A stretch of DNA of 57,374 bases from positions 1-57,374 of the forward strand of contig JBDIAJ010000001.1 in NCBI GenBank assembly GCA_039812345.1, written 5' to 3'. This document shows positions 53,052-57,374 of this stretch, piece by piece. Position numbers and translations under genes: made by a program. The DNA comes from Nostocoides sp. GTDB lineage: Bacteria > Actinomycetota > Actinomycetes > Actinomycetales > Dermatophilaceae. Position 1 is the stretch's first letter. Each line of letters begins with the position of its first letter. The notes beneath the pieces are model-generated. The model saw nothing but the letters and a program-made list of their open reading frames with translations. It was not told the DNA's origin and ran no database searches.

Positions 53052-53689
53052 TGGCGCGCGTCGTCGTCCTCGACTACGGCAGCGGCAACATCCGGTCGGC
53101 GGTGCGGGCGCTCGAGCACGTCGGGGCCGAGGTCACGCTGACGGCCGACCCCGCCGTCGTGGCGGCATGCGACGGGCTGTTCGTGCCCGGTGTCGGCAAC
53201 TTCCACGCGTGCATGGCGGGGCTGCGCGCCGTCGACGGCCCCCGGCTCATCGACGTCCGGCTCGCCGGCGGGCGGCCGGTGCTCGGCGTGTGCGTCGGGA
53301 TGCAGGTCCTCTTCGACGGGTCCGACGAGCCGAGCGAGGATCCCGTCGCCGGGATGGGGGAGTGGCCGGGCACGGTCGCGCGCCTGCCCGCCGACGTGGT
53401 CCCGCACATGGGCTGGAACACCGTCACGGCCCCCGCGGGCAGCGTCCTGTTCGCCGGGATCGGCGACGAGCGGTTCTACTTCGTCCATTCGTATGCCGCA
53501 CTCACCTGGGACCTGCCGGTCGCCGACGGCGCGCTGGCCGCTGGGTCGCCGCTGGTGACCACGACCGACTACGGCACCCGGTTCGTCTCGGCCGTCGAGA
53601 ACGGGCCGCTGTCGGCGACCCAGTTCCACCCGGAGAAGTCCGGGGATGCCGGACTGCACCTGCTCGAGAACTGGGTGAGCGCACTGTGA
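53051..53689 (+). CDS. hisH: Imidazole glycerol phosphate synthase, glutaminase subunit
   Basis: DYGSGNI.S, PGVG, GVCVGMQ, PHMGWN, YFVHSY, QFHPEKS. Confidence 0.96.
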   Translation: MARVVVLDYGSGNIRSAVRALEHVGAEVTLTADPAVVAACDGLFVPGVGNFHACMAGLRAVDGPRLIDVRLAGGRPVLGVCVGMQVLFDGSDEPSEDPVAGMGEWPGTVARLPADVVPHMGWNTVTAPAGSVLFAGIGDERFYFVHSYAALTWDLPVADGALAAGSPLVTTTDYGTRFVSAVENGPLSATQFHPEKSGDAGLHLLENWVSAL

Positions 53690-54000
53690 CGACCCGCCGC
53701 ACCGGCCGAAGCGCCTCCTCCCGGAGCACGTCCCGGCGGTCGACCACACGGCGCAGCGGCACGGCATACCGCCGCCGGACGACACCGAAGGTGGCGACCA
53801 CGGTGGGTTCGGCGCTCGGGTTGCTCGTCGTGACGCTGTTGACCCGCATGTCGTGGGCGCAGCGCCTCGCCCTGGTGGCCCTCGTCCTCGTCGTCGGCCT
53901 CGCCTGGGTCCTGTGGTCCCACCGGGCCGAGATCAGGGCCGGCGCCGACACCCCGGCCGACGCCCCGCCCGCCGGCCCGCCACCCGAGAAGGACCGATGA
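53686..54000 (+). CDS. Small hypothetical membrane protein with an R/S/T-rich N-terminus
   Basis: GTGA and ATGA overlaps at both ends; two hydrophobic segments. Confidence 0.65.
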   Translation: MTTRRTGRSASSRSTSRRSTTRRSGTAYRRRTTPKVATTVGSALGLLVVTLLTRMSWAQRLALVALVLVVGLAWVLWSHRAEIRAGADTPADAPPAGPPPEKDR

Positions 54001-54734
54001 CCCCCGCTCCGCGCCTGGAACTGCTGCCCGCCGTCGACGTCGCCGACGGCCGGGCCGTCCAACTCCAGCAGGGGGTGGCCGGCAGCGGCTGGGAGTTCGG
54101 TGACCCCGTCGAGGCGGCCCTGGCCTGGCAGGAGCAGGGCGCCGAGTGGCTCCACCTCGTCGACCTCGACGCCGCCTTCGGGCGCGGCTCCAACGCCGAC
54201 CTGCTCGCCGAGATCGTCGGCCGGCTCGACATCGCGGTCGAGATGAGCGGTGGGATCCGCGACGAGGAGTCGCTGCGCCGCGCCCTGGCCACCGGCTGCC
54301 GCCGGGTCAACGTCGGCACCGCCGCCCTCGAACACCCGCGGTGGACGGCGCAGGCGATCGCGACGTATGCCGATCGGGTCGCCATCGGCCTCGACGTGCG
54401 TGGCGAGACCCTCGCCGCCCGCGGTTGGACCCGGGACGGCGGCAACCTCTGGGAGGTCCTCGCCCGCCTCGACGCCGAGGGGTGCGCGCGCTACGTCGTC
54501 ACCGACGTCAACAAGGACGGGATGCTCGCCGGGCCCAACCTCGACCTGCTGCGGGCGGTCGCGCGGCATACGCAGGCACCGCTGGTCGCCTCCGGCGGCG
54601 TCTCGACCCTCGCCGACATCGCCGCGATCCGCAAGCTGGTGCCCGACGGCATCGAGGGGGCGATCATCGGGTCGGCCCTCTACAAGGGCGCCTTCACGCT
54701 CCCCGAGGCGCTCGACGTCGCCGGGCGGCCGTGA
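53997..54734 (+). CDS. priA: Phosphoribosyl isomerase A (HisA/TrpF bifunctional type)
   Basis: [40 protein letters not shown]. Confidence 0.93.
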   Translation: MTPAPRLELLPAVDVADGRAVQLQQGVAGSGWEFGDPVEAALAWQEQGAEWLHLVDLDAAFGRGSNADLLAEIVGRLDIAVEMSGGIRDEESLRRALATGCRRVNVGTAALEHPRWTAQAIATYADRVAIGLDVRGETLAARGWTRDGGNLWEVLARLDAEGCARYVVTDVNKDGMLAGPNLDLLRAVARHTQAPLVASGGVSTLADIAAIRKLVPDGIEGAIIGSALYKGAFTLPEALDVAGRP

Positions 54735-55612
54735 CGAGCCTCGAGGCCGTCCGGGAGTGGGCGCAGGGCCTGCGCCGCCGAGTTCCCCTGGTCGACCACG
54801 TGTGGAGCGCCGGCGAGCACTACGTCGAGGAGCAGGGCTCGCTGCTCGCCGCGGCGGTCACCTACTACGGATTCCTCTCGGTCTTCCCGCTGCTCGCGCT
54901 CGCCTTCGGCGCGGTGGGCATCCTCGCCCGCGTCTTCCCCGACGCCGAGGCCGACCTCGCTTCCGCGCTGCGGCAGATCCTCCCCGGGATGATCGGCGAC
55001 GGGCCGCACCAGCTCTCGCTCGCCACGCTGGAGCACACGGCCACCGCCGCGGCGGGGATCGGCCTGCTCGTCGTGCTCTATTCGGGTGTCAGCTGGATCT
55101 CCGACCTCCGAGCGGGTCTGACGGCGATCTTCCGCATCCCGAAACAGGATCAGCCGGGGATGGTCGCGGGCTATCTGCGCGCCCTGGTCTCTCTGGTCGA
55201 ACTGGGCTTGATCCTCCTGTCCAGTTTGGCGCTCAGTGCGACGCTGACGACCCTGTCCGGCCTGCTGCCGGACGACCAGGCGACGGTGCGGGTGCTGCTG
55301 GCGGTGCTGTCCGTCGCGGTCGGCGCGGCGGTCAGCGCGGTGTTCTTCTTCACCCTCTTCCGGCGGGTCGCCCGGGATCTGGTCCCGGCGCGCTCGCTCT
55401 GGTCGGGCGCGGTCCTCGGGGCCGGGCTGTTCGAGATCCTCAAGCAGCTCTCGGGGCGCCTGCTCGCCTCGACCGCGAACCAGCCGGCCTTCCAGGCATT
55501 CGGGATCTCCCTGATCCTCCTCGTCTGGATCTACTACTTCTCGAGGATCGTCATGTTCGCCGCCGCGTGGGCCTTCACCGCCCGCCCGCCCGCCCCGGCC
55601 GGTGCCGGATGA
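54731..55612 (+). CDS. YihY/BrkB family membrane protein
   Basis: [17 protein letters not shown], multiple TM helices, FG...[19 protein letters not shown]. Confidence 0.88.
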   Translation: MTSLEAVREWAQGLRRRVPLVDHVWSAGEHYVEEQGSLLAAAVTYYGFLSVFPLLALAFGAVGILARVFPDAEADLASALRQILPGMIGDGPHQLSLATLEHTATAAAGIGLLVVLYSGVSWISDLRAGLTAIFRIPKQDQPGMVAGYLRALVSLVELGLILLSSLALSATLTTLSGLLPDDQATVRVLLAVLSVAVGAAVSAVFFFTLFRRVARDLVPARSLWSGAVLGAGLFEILKQLSGRLLASTANQPAFQAFGISLILLVWIYYFSRIVMFAAAWAFTARPPAPAGAG

Positions 55613-56385
55613 CCAATCCCCGCGACCACGCCCGCCACCCTCATCGCGTCGACCCCGGCGAGGCGACGGACTCCGCCGGGGCGCCGTGGAGGTCGCGTGC
55701 GCTTCCGCCGGGCGGTTTCGGCGCCGACACGGGCGCGAGCGACCCTGCACTCGTCGCGGCGATCGCCGGTGCCGGGGAGGTCGGGGAGGTCGCGATGATG
55801 GCCGCCGTCGCCGCCGGGCGCTTCCTGGTCGCCGTCGTGCCCCGTGCCGTCGACGTGGTCACGGGGGAGGACGGGCTCGTCCACGATCAGAGCGTCGAGA
55901 TGGCCATGGTCAGCCTCACCGCGCCCGACGGGCGCCGGGCCCTGCCGGCCTTCACCGGCACCGCCGAACTCGCCGCCTGGAACCCCGCGGCGCGGCCCGT
56001 CCCGGTGGGCGCGGCGGCCCTCGCCCAGGCCGCCGTCAGTGAAGGATGTGACGTCATCGTCCTCGACCTCGCCCAGCCGCACGAGCGCGAACTGCGCTCC
56101 AGCCAGGTCTGGGCACTGGCGATGGAGCGCCCCTGGCAGCCCCCCGAGGCGGATCCGTTCGTCGCCGACGCCCTCGCGGCCGCGGTCGCCGCGGAGGGGG
56201 AGATCACGGCATACGCACCGTATGCCGCGGACCCACCGGGCACTCTCGGCGTCGCCGTCACCCTGATCCCCGGCCTCGACCGGTCGGCCGTGGAGGCCCT
56301 CGTCACGCGGGTCGGCGAGCGGCTGGCCACCGACGGTGAGTTCCGGGCGCGGATCGACGGCCTCGCCTTCCGCGTCGTCGGCTGA
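55609..56385 (+). CDS. SseB family protein
   Basis: DSAG.PW..R, L.APDGRRALPAFT...L.AWNP.ARPVP, A.AA..EG...IVLD. Confidence 0.85.
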   Translation: MTNPRDHARHPHRVDPGEATDSAGAPWRSRALPPGGFGADTGASDPALVAAIAGAGEVGEVAMMAAVAAGRFLVAVVPRAVDVVTGEDGLVHDQSVEMAMVSLTAPDGRRALPAFTGTAELAAWNPAARPVPVGAAALAQAAVSEGCDVIVLDLAQPHERELRSSQVWALAMERPWQPPEADPFVADALAAAVAAEGEITAYAPYAADPPGTLGVAVTLIPGLDRSAVEALVTRVGERLATDGEFRARIDGLAFRVVG

Positions 56386-56421
56386 CGTCAACCGGTGGCC
56401 CGGGTGCGCCATACTCGGCCC

Positions 56422-56901
56422 GTGAGATTCCGCCACGTCCTGTCCTATGACGCCACGCACGACGAGGTCTTCGACATGATCGCGGATGCCGAGTTCCGTG
56501 AACTGGTGGCGGGGCGGCAGCTGGCGGTGCGGCATACGGTCGACCTGCGGGACACCCACGCGGGGATGGATGTCGTCGTCGAGCTGGTCCGCCCGACCAA
56601 CGGACTGCCGCCGTTCGCGGCCACGCTGGTCGGGCCGGAGATCGTCACCCGCCAGCACGAGATCTGGCGCACGCGGGACCACGCGCGGCTCGAGCTGTTC
56701 GTCCCCGGCAAACCCGCTCGGATGGAGGGCTCGATCACCCTCGTCGAGTCCGACGGCGTGACCACCCAGACGGTCGCCGGCGAGATCACCGTCTCGGTCC
56801 CGTTCATCGGCGGCAAGGTCGAGGGCGTCATCGCCGACCTGTTCCGGATGGCCCTCGATGTCGAACAGGAGGCCGGAGTGGAGTGGTTCGGCGAGCTGTG
56901 A
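56422..56901 (+). CDS. DUF2505 family (START/SRPBCC-like) protein
   Basis: PGKP..M.G.I.L, V.VPFIGGKVE; CATACT -10-like element 6 nt upstream. Confidence 0.8.
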   Translation: MRFRHVLSYDATHDEVFDMIADAEFRELVAGRQLAVRHTVDLRDTHAGMDVVVELVRPTNGLPPFAATLVGPEIVTRQHEIWRTRDHARLELFVPGKPARMEGSITLVESDGVTTQTVAGEITVSVPFIGGKVEGVIADLFRMALDVEQEAGVEWFGEL

Positions 56902-56921
56902 GCTCCTGATATCCTGGAGGG

Positions 56922-57180
56922 CAACCGATCGAGCCTGCCCACCGGCCGGCTCGATGCTCAAGTGAAGCCGACGGCAGTCGCTTCCACCCGCGCACGCCTC
57001 GGCGACCGGGTCCCCGCTGGCCCGACGCGGGCGGTCACAGCGTGACTGTGGACGTTCGCCGAGGGTGGATGCGGCATACGTCCGTATGCCGTGTGAGCCA
57101 GACTGCCACCGACCTCCCGCGAGCCGTCGCGGGGGGTTTCCTCGTCTGAGGGCACCGCCCGCGGCGCAGTCCCGTCCGAC
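56922..57180 (+). promoter_or_regulatory. Long structured 5' leader of the infC operon
   Basis: -10 TATCCT at 56910; hairpins at 56928-56955, 57072-57091 and 57112-57137 (the last followed by TTCCT). Confidence 0.5.
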
Positions 57181-57195
57181 GAGAAGGAGCACCAC

Positions 57196-57374
57196 ATCAG
57201 CGAGCCTCGCATCAACGACCGCATCCGCGTCCCAGAAGTGCGGCTGGTCGGACCCAACGGTGAGCAGGTCGGCATCGTCCGGGTCGAAGACGCACTTCGC
57301 CTGGCCGCCGAGGCCGAACTCGACCTGGTCGAGGTCGCCCCGATGGCCAAGCCTCCGGTGGCCAAGCTCATGGA
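57196..57374 (+). CDS. infC: Translation initiation factor IF-3 (5' part, non-canonical ATC start)
   Basis: AAGGAG SD, then ATC AGC GAG CCT CGC ATC AAC = [28 protein letters not shown]...DLDLVEVAP-like ELDLVEVAP; missed by the ORF track. Confidence 0.95.
   Translation, partial: MSEPRINDRIRVPEVRLVGPNGEQVGIVRVEDALRLAAEAELDLVEVAPMAKPPVAKLM

Overview
A very GC-rich actinobacterial chromosome segment. Gene content and order look Micrococcales-like (inference). It is mostly core housekeeping: tRNA-Asn and tRNA(CAT), the NAD-salvage operon pncB-pncA-nrtR, the fasR-fabD-fabH-acpP-fabF cluster, argG, aceE, tRNA-Val with the nif3/Zn-ribbon/RNase H operon, rnpB, map, panB, glnA2-glnE, hisD-C-B-H-priA and the 5' part of infC (ATC start). 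An accessory stretch at about 20.8-34.7 kb carries a frameshifted SBP-vWA gene, a 1940-aa amylopullulanase, metZ, vapBC, an ECF sigma/membrane partner pair, yaaA and a secreted SGNH hydrolase. I found no integrase, transposase or CRISPR array. The strongest unexplained signal is at DNA level: the non-palindromic word (C)GGCATAC / GTATGCC(G) occurs about 70 times by hand count, over 1 per kb. It is split evenly between strands, appears in all six reading frames with rare codons, and also occurs as inverted pairs. This resembles a DNA uptake sequence or a HIP1-like iterated signal, and I know of none described for Actinobacteria. The next strongest signal is an XRE-STAND-TPR regulator with a four-box symmetric operator facing a tiny divergent unit (24-aa ORF and/or G/C-run RNA). 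Start sites were refined by hand and all counts are manual.
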